64,000 bases of DNA from Octopus vulgaris (GCA_951406725.2 CATOCA020000001.1:5394001-5458000); one strand, 5' to 3'; counted from the stretch's first letter, positions 25,180 through 39,850 are shown. Translations and numbers: made by a program. Notes: generated by a model not told the origin, from the letters alone.

Positions 25180-26621
25180 GATATAGATAGAGATATAGAT
25201 AGAAGATCGATTGATTGATCGATAGATAGATCATTTTCTATTGTTGCATCCTTTAAAATTTCAGGAACACAAACCATAGAGCTTCAATTCCCGTTCGCTG
25301 TCTTCGATGAGATCCGACAATTCTAATTTATGGCGTAGAATTTAAACCATAGCTGTAAACAATTCCTTACGTTTGTCATCCATTGGGCTGCGCCTATGCT
25401 GGGGCACTGCCTTAAAGTGTTTTAGTCGCATAAATCGACCCCAGTATTTGTTGTTAAGCCTGCTGCGTATTCTCGCGATCCCTTCCGCTGATTTGCCTAG
25501 AGTTACGCATCTTTATACTTTTGATTTTTTTTTTATTACTTACCAGAAAAAGAAAAACATGAAGGCAATTATCGTCAGCGGCAGGCAATTCTGAATCAGA
25601 CGTAAATGCTTTGAAAATGACGTGGTAAAAATGTGAAAAGTTTCAAGTGGTTGCAAGGAATTTAACAAGATACCGATCGGCCAAAGTACTGGGACGTAAA
25701 AAACCGGAACCTGTTCCCAAGCGGTCATAGTGGATAAACTGAAACACATACACATATACATACACGCGCTCACATATACATAGATGTATACATATATGTA
25801 AAATATATATATATATATAAGTGGGTGTGTGTGTGTGTATATATAACAAAGGAAGTTTGGGGCTACTAATAAATATATATAATTGAAATATAGGATAGTA
25901 TTTTTACGAGGATTTATCAAGTAGTTATCGTGAAAAACCTCAGAAAGGATAACTTATTAATTATTCCCTATGAATATATTTATATATATTAAGGGCATTA
26001 CTTATACATAAATGCCTCACGCTAGGAGGGTCTCTTGAAGTATAAACTACTATAATGCCCACATTGTACAAAACGCGAGGGAATGCAACTCTCAAAGCGA
26101 GCCTCCAGAAACAGACGTAGCTGAACATCATATGATTCCGTAATTAGTGCACAAAATGCACTTTTCACTCATCAGCGCAGCCTTTGTCAAGACATAAAAA
26201 TTAACAAAAATCAACGTACCAGACGAACACTTGTATCCTGGCGTTTGATACAATGTGGTTATTATATTCAGGCAGTCATAGATGACGGAAGCGATGTACG
26301 CATTCGCCACCTCGACTCGACCCTTCACGAACAGCTTCCTCTCTCTCAATTTCTGGGTGAGATCGACTATCCTGTTCGTCACCTCCCACCCGTTGTTGTC
26401 CAACCTCGGGGTCTACAGCAGACCAGACCCCAAACAGTTTAACCTGTCTTTCACTTTAGCGCCCTACAAACTGTCGGTTGGTATGGGTCTACCTCTCCAT
26501 CTGCCGAGTTGCAGGCCCACCGACTTCTCTTGGATAAGCTTTGCTCCTATCAACGCTTCGTGGACAGTATTATGATGACGTGGTCCGTGTTAGCGGATAC
26601 GAACATTCCACATCCTAAGAC

Positions 26622-26653
<32 letters not shown>

Positions 26654-27086
26654 GGCATCTGTATTTCTAATTATATAATTTCGATTTGAAAATTTCAGTC
26701 AGCAGTTTATGATGATTGGCGGTGTAAGTGGAAGAGTTAAAATGAGAGAGGGGTAGAGGGAGTGATAGAAGAGAGAGAGAGGGGAAAGAAGAGGAGGAGA
26801 GTTGATGTGTACGATTGTTCGTGTGTGTGTGTGTGTGTGTGTCTCTGTGTGTGATGTAATATATACATAACCCTGCCTAAGCTTTTCTTTAATATGAAAC
26901 TGGAGGGAATATCACATTAACGATTGCATTAAATGATATAATTTTACTGTGAAGAAGTGAGTGAAATGTTTAGCCGGAAGAACTTTCCAATAACAATAAT
27001 AATTATAATAATAATAATACAAATAATAATAATAGTAATAATAATAGTAATAATAATAATATTATTTTTATTATTATTATTATTAA

Positions 27087-27138
<52 letters not shown>

Positions 27139-27420
27139 GTTATTTGCCAATAGGGCCGGCATATCGGAGAAGATAGAGTAGAAAAGGCGGTGAGAGCTGG
27201 CAGAATCTTTATTACGTCGGGCGAAATGCTAAGCGGTATTTCTTCTGCCGTTATCTTCTGAGTTCAAATTTCCCCGAGGTCGACTTTGCCTTTCATCCTT
27301 TCGGGGTCGATTAAAGAAGTACCAGTTACGCACTGTGATCGATATAATCGACTTAATCCGTTTGTCTGTCCTTGTTTGTCCTCTCTGTGTTTAGCCCCTT
27401 GTCGGTAGTAAAGAAAGAGG

Positions 27421-28505
27421 ATACAGTAGACATGAACACAGGAGATTTAACGCTGAGACAACGAGTACACAGTTAAAAGAATAACAATGATATCCGACAA
27501 AAGAATATAACAATGAAAGTTCGTAATAGGTGCAGGTAATCCCCTGGAGTTGGCTCAGGTACCCACACCCCAATCCTGAACCACTCGACGCTTCGAGGGC
27601 ATCTGGGAAGATCACTCTCCTCCCTCTCAAATTCACTAGCCCAAAGGCGTGTTATTAGAGTAAGTCCACTCACACGTACCATTTTCTCTGTTCATCCACC
27701 TTTTGGCAAACGTACTGGGAGGCAGCACTTCACTCTGCACCCTCATCTTCCTTTCCAAAGGAAATTTGAAAAAGTTGACGAGTGATTGGCCGTAGAGAAA
27801 ATTCTCTGTCTTTAGTCCGTTTAACCTGGTCCACAATACAGCCTCTTTCGCTACTGCTATTAGACAGAAGTAAATTGCCTGACCTTCCGGACAAATGGAA
27901 AGCGGCTAAGCGATATTCACTACGGACTCGGCCGATAGATAGAAACTGCCTACACTTAATAACATCTTTTCAACATAACTCCATAAGTCAGTAATGCAAG
28001 GACACTGGACGAGTGCGTGCAGAATGATTTCATAGCTCTGCGCATATCTCGGGTAGGTCGGTCAGACAGCAATTCCGTGCTTGTAGAGTTTATCTCGATC
28101 CGGCAGTGCCCCCCGATAGCACTGCAAAGCAAGGGACTTCTAGATGTTATCCATTATCCCCGTCTTGAAAGTCCTCCTCAACAGACTGGTTAGTTCAATT
28201 TTGTCAACGCCTAGCGTCTCTCCAAGTGCTTCATCGCACTTTCCCTCCACTAACCCTCCATAGAACTTCAGAGTGGATTTTCCACTGATCGCATTGCCCA
28301 CCTGGTAGAGGACAGTGAGTGCCTAGCAACATTCCAGATGCCAGTAACCCATCCTCGGTCTATTCTTGACCCACGACTGCAGCTTACTCAAGGAGATGAG
28401 ATGTGGAAAAGCCTGTTTGACAAACGATGACCACACCTGTTCACCGTTTACGCAGAATATTTGGAGATGCCGCAGCCCCAGTTCATGTCTTCCACAGCAT
28501 GCCCA
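27421..28505 (-). mobile_element. Tx1 subfamily 2 fragment, duplicate
   Basis: Paralog of 7524-8525 (ORF 27636..27836). Confidence 0.85.
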
Positions 28506-29749
28506 GTGTTCCGGAAATCGGAAAGCGAAAGCACAAAAACGAAAATTTGAAAAGGGAAAAGTAAAAACAGCATTTAAGTGTTCTCCTTGTTAGACCTTGA
28601 ATTATAAGGCTAAAAATATATCAAAAATGTAATCAAGAATAGACGGAATTTTTCATTTCTTCAAAATATATTTATACTTGACCACGACTGAAAATTCCCG
28701 ACCTAGAGTCCAATAGAGAATTAAGCATCTTAGATCTGAACAGGATATGCACTCTTTCAGCTAAACAATGTTTATATTTATTCGATCCATTCACATAAGT
28801 TATGGATTCTCAATTACTTCCCATCCAGTCACATGTGGTGTTTCGTTTTCTTCCAAACTTAGCCAGTTTCGTAGCTTTACTTTTGGCCTATGTCGGAAGG
28901 GGATTATGGGATTGGCATAACGACTTTAAAATTCACCTTTAAATAAGCAAAAGAATAAAAGAATAAAAGATTGTTTGTGTGTGTGTGTACATGCATACAA
29001 AAATACACCCACATACGCACGGATATGTACATAAGCGCGCACACACACACTCATAGGCGTATGGATTATTGTTTCGGTAAGTTGTGTCCACGAGAAAGAC
29101 ACTTCCAGTGCTCTCATCTGAAAAGCACCAGCATTAACCAGGGGTTAACATTGCGACAGACTGGTATCCGGTGTGTTGTATCCTTGTGTGTTGAAATACG
29201 TTCGATACCGAGATATACTGGGGGCCTAATGAGCCTGTAGATCAGGCAGAGAATTTAGCTTAGAAAATACTTTAATGTAGACATTTAGGCATGCGCAGTC
29301 AAGTGTTTGTGTAACGTTTATGGAGGAAAAGTCGATATGAATATGACAAAAAAAGAAACACCGTATTTTCCGGTGTATAAGCCGCTATTTTTTACCTGGG
29401 AAATTTAGTGTGCCGCTTAGAGAAAGGTGCGCCTAATGTGTGTAACTTTTTTTATAGTTCCAGGAGGAAAATAATTTGTGTATGGAGATCGAATGATTCC
29501 ACTGATTTTTTTGGAGGAAAGGTCGGTCGATGAAAGACTATTGCTACAGGACATTTGTGCCTGGAAGAAAACAAAGCACATTTGTTTTGTTTTAACTTCA
29601 TGTTTTGATAATGTTTTTTTTATCCAATAAAGAATTTAATATTGACGGAAGGTGTTTGTTGCTGATTATAGTAAGATAAAATTTAAAAAATCAACAATAC
29701 ATCTCAAAGTTGAAGAATAAAACATTTTGAAAATACATACACATCAACA

Positions 29750-30480
29750 ACAACAAAGCTAGCAGCTGACCCGTGGTTCCATAAGTCTTTATAAAACACC
29801 AGTAGGCTTTATGTGTGGATAAAACCAAAATTTTCCCCAAAATCCCAAGCTAAATTTCACAATACAATAATACAAACATTAATAAGCCACCTCAATTGTA
29901 TAATACTAATCTTAAGCCAACATTCTACAACCCTGTCTACGAGACGACAAATATTAGTTCCATTACAACCTCTCAATCCGATACTAATATAAATCCCAAT
30001 TTAGATTCTCCCCACTAACAACAAACCAACCAACATCAACATTACTAATAGTAAACCCCAACCACTTGCAACTGTCGCGCTTCTGAAATATATGGTATGC
30101 AGACACCTGTCTCCTCAAAAGCGTAATCTATAAGTGCCACGTGATTACCCCATGCACCCACCAGGCAGGGGTGTATATTAATGGCACTGAGGATTTTCAA
30201 TGTCGTTGTCGTGCTCATATGTATTCTTTCACTAATCCCGAATCTAAACTATTTCAATCTTTAGCAACACACATATACAACCTCAATTCAAAACAATGTC
30301 CAACACGCTCTATCGTGGTTCATAGTATATGAAGCTCCCCTCTACAACACAAATATAGGTAAATGTATGTTATGTATAAAAGGGTCATTAACTATTCTTC
30401 GCCTCCACAACTCCTCACTGTTAAATTCTCTGACGTTATTTTTTATCGTAAGCATAAAAACTGCCCGACATTCATGCACT
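29750..30480 (+). pseudogene. PLE GIY-YIG remnant, duplicate copy 4
   Basis: ORF 30141..30332 gives a near-identical peptide. Confidence 0.78.
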
Positions 30481-30590
30481 TCCCTAATTCCAAATAAATA
30501 AAGCTGTAATGTAAAACAAGTGTCAACCTGACAATCGACAAGTGAACACATTCCAAATAGCAAATATGTGTGTGTGTGTCTATGTATACA

Positions 30591-30689
<99 letters not shown>

Positions 30690-31743
30690 GAGCATATGCA
30701 ATACATATGAAATATCCAAACTTGCATTTACAAATACATAATATATACATACAAGCTCTTACATACATACATGCAAACACACACACATATACGCACAATA
30801 TATATACATATAAACTCCTACATTAATACACAGTATTAAAAACATTAAGTAGTCAGCATATATATATAGATACCTACAGAAATATAAATATATATAACAC
30901 GCATCCCAAATTTATTCCATGTATTATGATCAATCGATTTTTCATCCTCCTCTCAGCCTCCTAAATCTCTCCAACACACATCACAAATTTCTTCAAATTT
31001 TTGCTTTTCAACCGTCTCTACTCTCATTTGACCCTTCTCGGCTTCAAACAATAATTAACAAAAGTCAAATACTAAGAAAAATACCGACCCAATTTTTTGT
31101 ACTACTAAAATTCTTAACCACTCCCTCGTACCTGAAAAGTGTCCTTAAAAATACCCCACGTAATTTGAGATGGAATTGCTGTTTCATTATTGTACCAGCT
31201 AGAAGGGGATACTCCTTCAACATTCACATGAATTACTTATTTATTCACATCGTTTAAAATTAAACATACGTTATCTTCTAGCTTTGAGATTTTGATTATG
31301 TGATTGCTTACTTTTAGAATAACTTTGCATGGTTGTTGTGAAAGGGCTAATGTGTTCAGTTTCAACAGAAAACAGGAAGAATATTTGGGCCCGACGTGGC
31401 CAGTGCCAATGCTAATGGGTTAACTGAAAATTACTGAAGTAAAAATAAAAGCATAAAAAAACATTTTAGGTAATTTGGGGACCCAAATTTATGAAGTCTT
31501 AAGGGTGGAGAACCTTTTTATCCCATCCTTAATGCCGTTGAGGAGACTGGACAATGGCCAATAGAAGGCCGATATAATATAATGAAAATCGTAACTTACC
31601 AATAAAGTGCTGTTAGTCTCTGTTCGTAAGAGGTAGTGAATGTTTATATATATCTATATATATATATATGTGCGCATATATATATATTGCGTCATTTGTT
31701 TATTTACCATACATTTTTTCATTGAAGTAGCCCACAATTATGC

Positions 31744-31781
<38 letters not shown>

Positions 31782-31945
31782 AAATATAGTTTGGCGTCTT
31801 TATTTCTCATTATATGAATCCGATATGAAAAGTTTGCGTCAGCAGTCAAAGATGGGCGTCGATAGTGGAAGAGTGTTAATGAGAGAGGGGAAAGAAAGTG
31901 ATAGAAAGAGAGAGAGAGAGGGAGGGAGAAAGAAGAAAAAGAGGG

Positions 31946-31991
<46 letters not shown>

Positions 31992-32271
31992 TGCTATTAG
32001 CTACATAACCATGTACTAAGGATTTGGTGAGATTGATACATTTTAATTCCCTTCACTTACTCAGTATACCCTCCTTCTTCCCCGACATTAGCATTCCAGC
32101 AGAAATGGAGAAATGAAAATTATGTCACTGTCTGGTGTTGCATGTGTGTATGTATGTGTGTGTGTGTATATGCGTAACTACATGAGACTGTTTACATCCG
32201 CGTAACTGAAATTAACTTGAAATAATCTAAGTACTATTTTACAAATTGTGATATCTGTGTGTGTGTGTGTA

Positions 32272-32310
<39 letters not shown>

Positions 32311-32357
32311 ACGCACACACAGTTATCAGAATTATATAAACGTATATATTCTTTTTT

Positions 32358-32411
<54 letters not shown>

Positions 32412-32588
32412 GTAGGTGAATGAATTATTCTAGCATGGAAAATTCGTTTAACCGATACCTGGGTAGCAAATTCACGTCGGAAAACACAGTTGAAGTGACC
32501 TGTCAAGGGTAGAAACTCCGGGTTCTTGTGTGCAAATTTGTGTTATTTATATGAATAAATGAAAGAATGGAGTCGAACGAGGTTTTTA

Positions 32589-32671
32589 CTCTCGACACAT
32601 GTTTCGAAGACGGCATAATTTTAATTCCGAAGGAATTAATGGTGCATTATGCCATCTTCTCATCAGGAAAG
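32589..32671 (-). ncRNA. Minimal type I hammerhead ribozyme, second copy
   Basis: Same core. Stem III region GAAACATGTGTC contains the palindrome ACATGT. Confidence 0.8.
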
Positions 32672-33038
32672 ATTAAGAGCCTCTTTCAGCCACAAGACGA
32701 ACAAAATTTTTGATGATTGCCTACATGGTGACCACAGTGACAATGAGTGTTTTTTTTAAATAATCCGTTATAAGCAATGACTTCAGAAATGGGTAGAAGG
32801 AGGGAGTAGTAAAAATAGGTAGGGGACAATATGTATGCTGTATGTATGATGATGTGCAGGGGTGTGCTTGTGTTAATGATTGCGAGTGATTGTGTATGTG
32901 TATGAGTGTGTATATAACTGCATTTGTGTCTGTGTGTGTATGTGTTATTGTGTGTGTGAGGTAGACAAACGTCAAATACACTTAGTAGTAAGGTGTGAAA
33001 TTTGTGTCTGTGTGTTTGATCGTGCGTGTTATAGAGAG

Positions 33039-33076
<38 letters not shown>

Positions 33077-33723
33077 CGTCAAAGAAATTTAGTAGCTATG
33101 GAACTTAAAATCGTTTAAAAGCGACATTAACCGGAAATGATTAAAATATTGTTATACGATCAGACGATAGATTTTTCATGTTTTAGAATCATCTCACTTT
33201 TGCTCGATAACTATTGATCATCGATCTCTTCCCAAATACAATGTCAAAAGCCAACATTAAAATGAAGTACATTTCTAAATTCATTGTTAGACCCTCCAGT
33301 GTTCACATTGTCATCCACCATTCTCTTCCTGAAGAATCTCTGAAGCTTAAGCTGGATGTGCTAGAAATAGCAGCCAAATATTTCCTCTGAGCAGACGATA
33401 GATTCATTTAACGATAGTGTCACTTCAGAAAATCAAGTTATCAATAACGATAATAATTTAAATGGTATATATAATGATTGACATGGAAGCAAACGATACA
33501 AATTCATTTAACAATAGTTCGTTTTCAGAAAATTACTTTTGTGAAATAAAGTATATGATAGAGAAATTATAACAATTCTGAAGAGGAATTAAAGGTTTTA
33601 GCAGCTTTAAAGTTATGGGAAAAGAATTTTCGTTATCAAAGTAGCAATATTTTATACGAAAGAAGGATGACAGGCGAGGATTTTGTGGTGTGAAGGGTCT
33701 TCAATTGTATATATCCTGGTCTG

Positions 33724-33767
<44 letters not shown>

Positions 33768-33842
33768 TGCCTGTGTGTGTGTTATGCACTGAGATATATA
33801 ACGATTATAATAATGGACACAATTATATTCCAAACTTCTATA

Positions 33843-34250
33843 GGCGCGGGAGTGGCTGTGTGGTAAGTAGCTTGCTTACCAACCACATTGTTCCGGGTTC
33901 AGTCCCACTGCGTGGCACTCTGGGAGAGCGTCTTCTACTATAGCCTCGGCCGACTAAAGACTTGTGAGTGGATTTAGTAGACGGAAACTGAAAGAAGCCC
34001 GTTGTATATATGCATATATATATTTCTATGTGTGTGTTTGTGTGTCAGTGTTTGTCCCGCCCCCCCAACATCGCTTGACAACCGATGCTGGTGTGTTTAT
34101 GTCCCTGTAAGTTAGCGGTTCGGCAAAAGAGACCGATAGAAGAAGTACTAGGCTTACATGAATAAGTCCTTGGGTCGATTTACCCGACAAAAGGCGCTGC
34201 TCCAGCACGGCCACATTCAAATCACTGAAACAAGTAAAAGAGTAAAAAAG
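33843..34250 (+). mobile_element. CORE-type SINE, paralog of 4540-4948
   Basis: Same sequence and flanks. Confidence 0.85.
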
Positions 34251-35220
34251 AGATTGAGAGAGCTCATCTGTACCCAAACATTCAATAGTTTGATGTCCTA
34301 TTTTCATAGGATTGAGGGGAAGAGGGAGAGGAAAACATGCAGGGGCCACTAAACTGTTTAACGTATTTGTATCTGAGAAAGTCTCCAGTATTCTTGATGC
34401 CTTCTGCAAAAAGTGAAAGATAAAAAGGAAATTGGAAAAAAAAAATAATTGTCTTCCAGTATCTGTGTGTGTGTCTGTGTGCGTGTGTGTGTGTGTCTGT
34501 GTGTGTTTGTGTGTGATGCAATGAGATACATAACCATGCCTATAAGTTTCTTTAATATAAAACTGAAGTGAATATTAATGATAATATTAAATGACAATAT
34601 TAATATTTTACATTCCACCGGTATCAGTATCTGAGTCTAAAGTTATAATTACTGCATACTGGTGGTACAGTTTTCAACCAGCAGGATGTAACCTGATGCT
34701 AATGCTTATGATATACATGCAGCAGAAAGGCGTGTCGTTCACAGGTTTAAAATAACTAAATTGCATTGTATATAAAATATGCTAAAAAGTAAGTTACTTC
34801 ATGTGTAACATTTAATTCTTATTTTAATGTCTTTTACACAGGATAAAACCCGAAATAGTGAACTCGGAATTTTGGAACTAAGTGAAAGACAATGATTGTT
34901 TACCATAAAGATTTTCCCGTTTTGCCGGACCATTCTATGTGGTTTACCAGAGCCTGGATTGTAGTACAATGCTTGTAAGTTGCGTTCCATGATTTGATTT
35001 TCCTCTCCCTTTATATTATGTATATGTGTGTGTGAAAGTGTGTGTCTGCGTGTGTGTTTGTGTGTGTGAAAATAAGTAAATGTAAATGAATGTATATATG
35101 TGTGTATATATATATATATGTATATCGATATATGGAGAGACGTAATAGATAGAGAGGTAGAAAGATAAAGATACAGACAATGATTGATAGAGAGATAGCT
35201 AGACAGACACATGATAGTTT

Positions 35221-35309
<89 letters not shown>

Positions 35310-35517
35310 TTAGATAGATAGATAGAGAGAAAGATGGAAAGATAGAGATAGATAGTCATAGATAGACAATGATAGATAGATAGATAGATAGATAGAGATA
35401 TATAGACATAGATAGATAGATAGATTGATTGATAGATAGATAGATAAATAGATACATAGATAGATAGATAGATGGATAGATAGAGATAGATGGACATAGA
35501 TAGATAGATAGATAGAT

Positions 35518-37019
35518 ATGTTTCTTTATTAGCCACACAGGGCTGCACACAGACAGAACAAATTACAAGGTAGAGCTTTTCTTTTGGGGGTAAAAAAAAG
35601 GGGGTTGGGTTTCGATCAAAAGGGATCGTAAAAGGAAAGAAAGAGGACAAAAAAAGGGAGGATTTTTTTAAAAAAAGGGGGGAGAGGGAAAAAAATAAAA
35701 GGAAAGGATAGAGGAAAAAAAGTTGATCAATAGGGATCGTAATCACAGAAATGTCAATATGAAGTGTAAAGAAAAGCCTACGGAAAAGACCACGGTAACC
35801 TCGGTCAATGAAGTCACATGTTATATTTCTTTCTTTTATTTTTTCTTGCAAATAAGCAACTCTCTGTATTAATTTTTATGGTTCATAGAATCATAGTCAA
35901 GGTGGCTTCGTCATTCATACGTGCCATCCTTGCTACATTCACCCATCTTTTTTAAAACATTCGCTAGACAAAATTTGCCTCTCTACTCTCACTTTCCTCT
36001 TCATGTGATACTTGAAGAAGTTGATGAGAGATTGACCAGAGAGGAAAGTGTTTGTCTCCAATCCTTTCGGGCGCGTCCACCAGATACATTCTTTCGCTAT
36101 TGCCACAAGTATGATAAAAATAGCTCTTCCTTCCCGTTTGAAGGAAGGAGGCGTGACGATATTAACGATAGACTCGGTTGATAAACCGACACGTCCCACA
36201 CGTGACAGCAGTCGTTCGACATAAGCCCACAGGTCGGAAATTGCTGGACACTGAACGATTGCGTGCAGAGTGGTTTCGTCGCTCTGCCCGCATCTCGGGC
36301 AGGTCGGCCCCGTGTTTCTCGAGCCATGCCTATAGAGCTTATCCCGAACGGGTAGCGCTTCTCGGTAGCACCGCCAGACCAGTGATCTCTAGAAGTTGTC
36401 CATAGGTCCCGGGCCGAAAGTCGTTTGAAACAGGCGGGTCAGGTATTCCTCGTCGACGCCCAGGTTTCCCACCAGATCGTCGTCGTACCTCCCCTCCACT
36501 AATCCCCTATAGAATTCTTTGGTTGTGTTGAAGTCACTCAAGGTCGACCTGGGACGGCAGAGTTGCTTGAGAGCAACGCGACACTCGCGGTGCCATTCGC
36601 CCTTCCTCGGCCTCTTTTTGATCCACGACTGTTGTTCGGTCATGGAGACGAGTTGCGGGAATGCGTGCCTCACAAACGGTGACCACACCTGTTCACCGTC
36701 GTCTACATAGAGCCGGAGATGTCGCAGTCTCAGCGCGTGTCTGCGCATCATCAACCACGGCATGCCCAGCCCTTCTTTTAACGGGTGTTGGCAGCAAATG
36801 GATCGCCTGACCATCGGGACGCATCCTTTCCACAAGAAGCGGAAGAGGATGCGTTCTAGTTTGGTGATGGTAGGGTCGGGACAAGGTACGACGGTCAGGC
36901 GGTAGTAGATGATGGACGCGATGTAGGCTTTCGCCACCTCCGCCCGACCTTTTAGGGACACTTTCCTCTCGGCCCATTGCTGGGCGAGAGTGACCACCCT
37001 ACTCGTTATCTCGTTCCAG
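35518..37019 (-). mobile_element. Tx1 subfamily 3, duplicate
   Basis: ORFs 36389..37156 and 35939..36199. Same ends and flanks as the other copies. Confidence 0.92.
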
Positions 37020-37047
37020 ATAGATAGATAGATATGTAGATATATAG

Positions 37048-37117
<70 letters not shown>

Positions 37118-37920
37118 TAGATAGAAGATCGATTGATTGATCGATAGATAGATCATTTTCTATTGTTGCATCCTTTAAAATTTCAGGAACACAAACCATA
37201 GAGCTTCAATTCCCGTTCGCTGTCTTCGATGAGATCCGACAATTCTAATTTATGGCGTAGAATTTAAACCATAGCTGTAAACAATTCCTTACGTTTGTCA
37301 TCCGTTCGGTTGCGCCTATGCTGGGGCACTGCCTTAAAGTGTTTTAGTCGCACAAATCGACCCCAGTATTTGTTGTTAAGCCTGCTGCGTATTCTTGCGA
37401 TCCCTTCCGCTGATTTGCCTACAGTTACGCAACTTTATACTTTTGATTTTTTTTTTATTACTTACCAGAAAAAAGAAAAACATGACTGCAATTATCGTCA
37501 GCGGCAGGCAATTCTGAATCAGACGTAAATGCTTTGAAAATGACGTGGTAAAAATGTGAAAAGTTTCAAGTGGTTTTAAGGAATTTAACAAGATATCGAT
37601 CGGCCAAATTACTGGGACGTAAAAAACCGGAACCTGTTCCCAAGCGGTCATAGTGGATAAACTGAAACACATACACATATACATACACACGCTCACATAT
37701 ACATAGATATATACATATATGTAAAATATATATATATATATATATATACATAAGTGTGTGTGTGTGTGTGTGTATATATAACAAAGTAAGTTTGGGGCTA
37801 CTAATAAATATATATAATTGAAATATAGGATAAAATTTTTACGAGGATTTATCAAGTAGTTATCGTGAAAAACCTCAGAAGGGATAACTTATTAATTATT
37901 CCCTATGAATATATTTATGT

Positions 37921-38265
37921 ATATTAAGGGCATTACTTATACATAAATGCCTCACGCTAGGAGGGTCTCTTGAAGTCATAACTACTATAATGCCCACATT
38001 GTACAAAACGCGAGGGAATGCAACTCTCAAAGCGAGCCTCCAGAAAAAGACGTAGCTGAACATCATATGATTCCGTAATTAGTGCACAAAATCCACTTTT
38101 CACTCATCAGCGCAGCCTTTGTCAAGACATAAAATTTAACAAAAATCAACGTACCAGACGAACTCTTGTATCCTTGCGTTTGATACAATGTGGTTATTAT
38201 AGTAGTGTTGACTTCAAGAATCCCTCTTAGCGCGAGGCATTTCTATATAGTAATGCCCTTAATAT
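37921..38265. mobile_element. Fold-back element (about 100-bp imperfect inverted arms) with hammerhead-like core, probably PLE-derived
   Basis: ATATTAAGGGCATTAC...CTTGAAGTCA..ACTACTATAAT..CCACATTGTA versus its reverse complement at 38165-38265. CTGATGA on the minus strand at 38110-38104. Truncated copies at 16241-16520 and about 25986-26265. Confidence 0.75.
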
Positions 38266-38377
38266 AAATAAATACATGTATATATATATATATATAGACG
38301 TGCGTATGTATATGTGTTTATATGTATATATATACATATTCATATATATATTTTATTTTCTATTTTAGATACAGGTT

Positions 38378-39000
38378 TTCACTGTATATAGAAACACTTC
38401 AAAGTGCTGAAGAGATTAGAACTTGAGACTTTAGATACGTAAAGAAACGATAAGCAAGCTAGATATTTATCTACATTTACATATGAAGATACATTGAATG
38501 GAAATTTAAAAGGTAAACGTGTGTGGATATTAAGAAGAAATAGTCCAATTATCAGATAAAACAGTATCACAAATAGTATAGGTAGAGTTTTAAATGTTCT
38601 ACGGCCGTTTCAGGGATCTTTGTGGTCCTGATATATGACAGATATCAGGGACCATTGTTGGATAACATCACCTCTCCGGGGGAAGAAGTTTATATTAAAG
38701 GTTTTGCATTTAAAATGTTGTCATGATATTGGTTAAAGACCGATTGATTTTATAGAGGGCTATATTTAATAGGAAGGGGAGTTAGGGATGTTTAGACAGA
38801 GAATAGTTGCAGGATGGAGAAAATAGATTTCAAGATCATAAGACCACTGATGGTATTAAAGGTGAGAGTGGTAGAAAGTGGATTAGTTTATGTCCAAGTT
38901 AAATTAGTGAAAAAAGGATGGACTTAAGCGGTTCGATATCAGATAAGGGTTTGAGAGGGAGGTTATATGTTCTATTCTAGGCTTTCCGTCCGACTCATTT
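38378..39000 (-). mobile_element. Probable PLE pseudo-LTR remnant with decayed hammerhead (38596-38688)
   Basis: Minus strand CCGGAGA, long hairpin, GAAACGGCCGTA, with a palindromic CGGCCG stem III. Runs toward (TA)n. Confidence 0.45.
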
Positions 39001-39194
39001 GCCTCAGAAAATCCGATTTGGGTCGAGTTAGTTAATGCATTATTGACCGTATTATACACCGTGTCAGGAATAACGTTGAGCTCCCGCTATGGAATTGCAC
39101 ATGAGACGTTATTTTTGGTTTCCCTCTTTCCACCATAAACACACGAATTTCCTTCAGTTTGACATGTCAAATTATTGCAATATTTACAATTGAC

Positions 39195-39403
39195 AAGGCG
39201 CCGAGTTGGCAGAAACGTTTGCACGCAGGGCAAAATGCTTAGCGTTCTGTTTTTACGTTATGAGTTCAAAATTCCGCCGATTTCGACTTTACCTTTCATC
39301 CTTTCGGGTTTGAAACATTAAGTACCCGTTGCATAGTAGGGTCGATCGAATCAGTTGGGCGCTACCCCAAAATTTCGGGCTTTGTGACTAGAGTAGATAA
39401 GAA
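39195..39403 (+). mobile_element. Meta-type SINE, diverged
   Basis: AAGGCGCCGAGTTGGCAGAA...GAGTTCAAA...CCTTTCATCCTTTCGGG...TTAAGTACC. Confidence 0.75.
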
Positions 39404-39850
39404 TAATTACAATCGACGGACAGGTGTCCTCATCTTGTTAGTTGTTACTACAACGTTTCGGCTGAGGAATTCTCCAGCCTTCTTCAGATGTCCTCTCAAC
39501 AATAAAGTGTAGACATCAACCCGTCCAATTCAAATATCATACATAATTCCTCAACTCTAAATTATAAAAACAGAGGCAGCTCAGATTTTCGTCAAAGAAA
39601 AGCGACTCAGACATATATATTCATATATATCATGATGATGATGAAGAAGAGAGAAAGAGAGAGAGATAGAGAGATAGAGATAGAGAGAGAGAGAGACTTA
39701 TTTTATCGAACTTTCGTTAGCTTTGGCTGCCATTTCTAGCATATGGATAGCCTTCTTGACGGCCTGATCGATTTGCTCGACTAAAGGCGGTGCTCCAGCA
39801 TGGCCACTGTCAAATGACTGAAACAAGTAAAATAAAATAACATATATATA

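Larger units (their letters stand above)
1..38201. repeat. Rearranged tandem segmental duplication, about 10 kb period, 3-4 copies of each block
   Basis: Anchor AAGGTGCGCCTAATGTGTGTAAC at 1, 9439, 20261 (one mismatch), 29424. Near-identical ORFs recur (720/20983/30141; 8392/19204/28366; 13442/24069/36389). Block 2.3-5.3 kb recurs at 31.7-34.6 kb. Block 11.7-14.9 kb recurs at 22.7-25.9 kb and 34.65-37.8 kb. Confidence 0.95.

Noticed and set aside
34799-35851. 350-aa ORF and other IYLS/YI/CV/HT/poly-I/N/Y ORFs
   Set aside because: Translations of GATA, TA, TG and AAT microsatellites.
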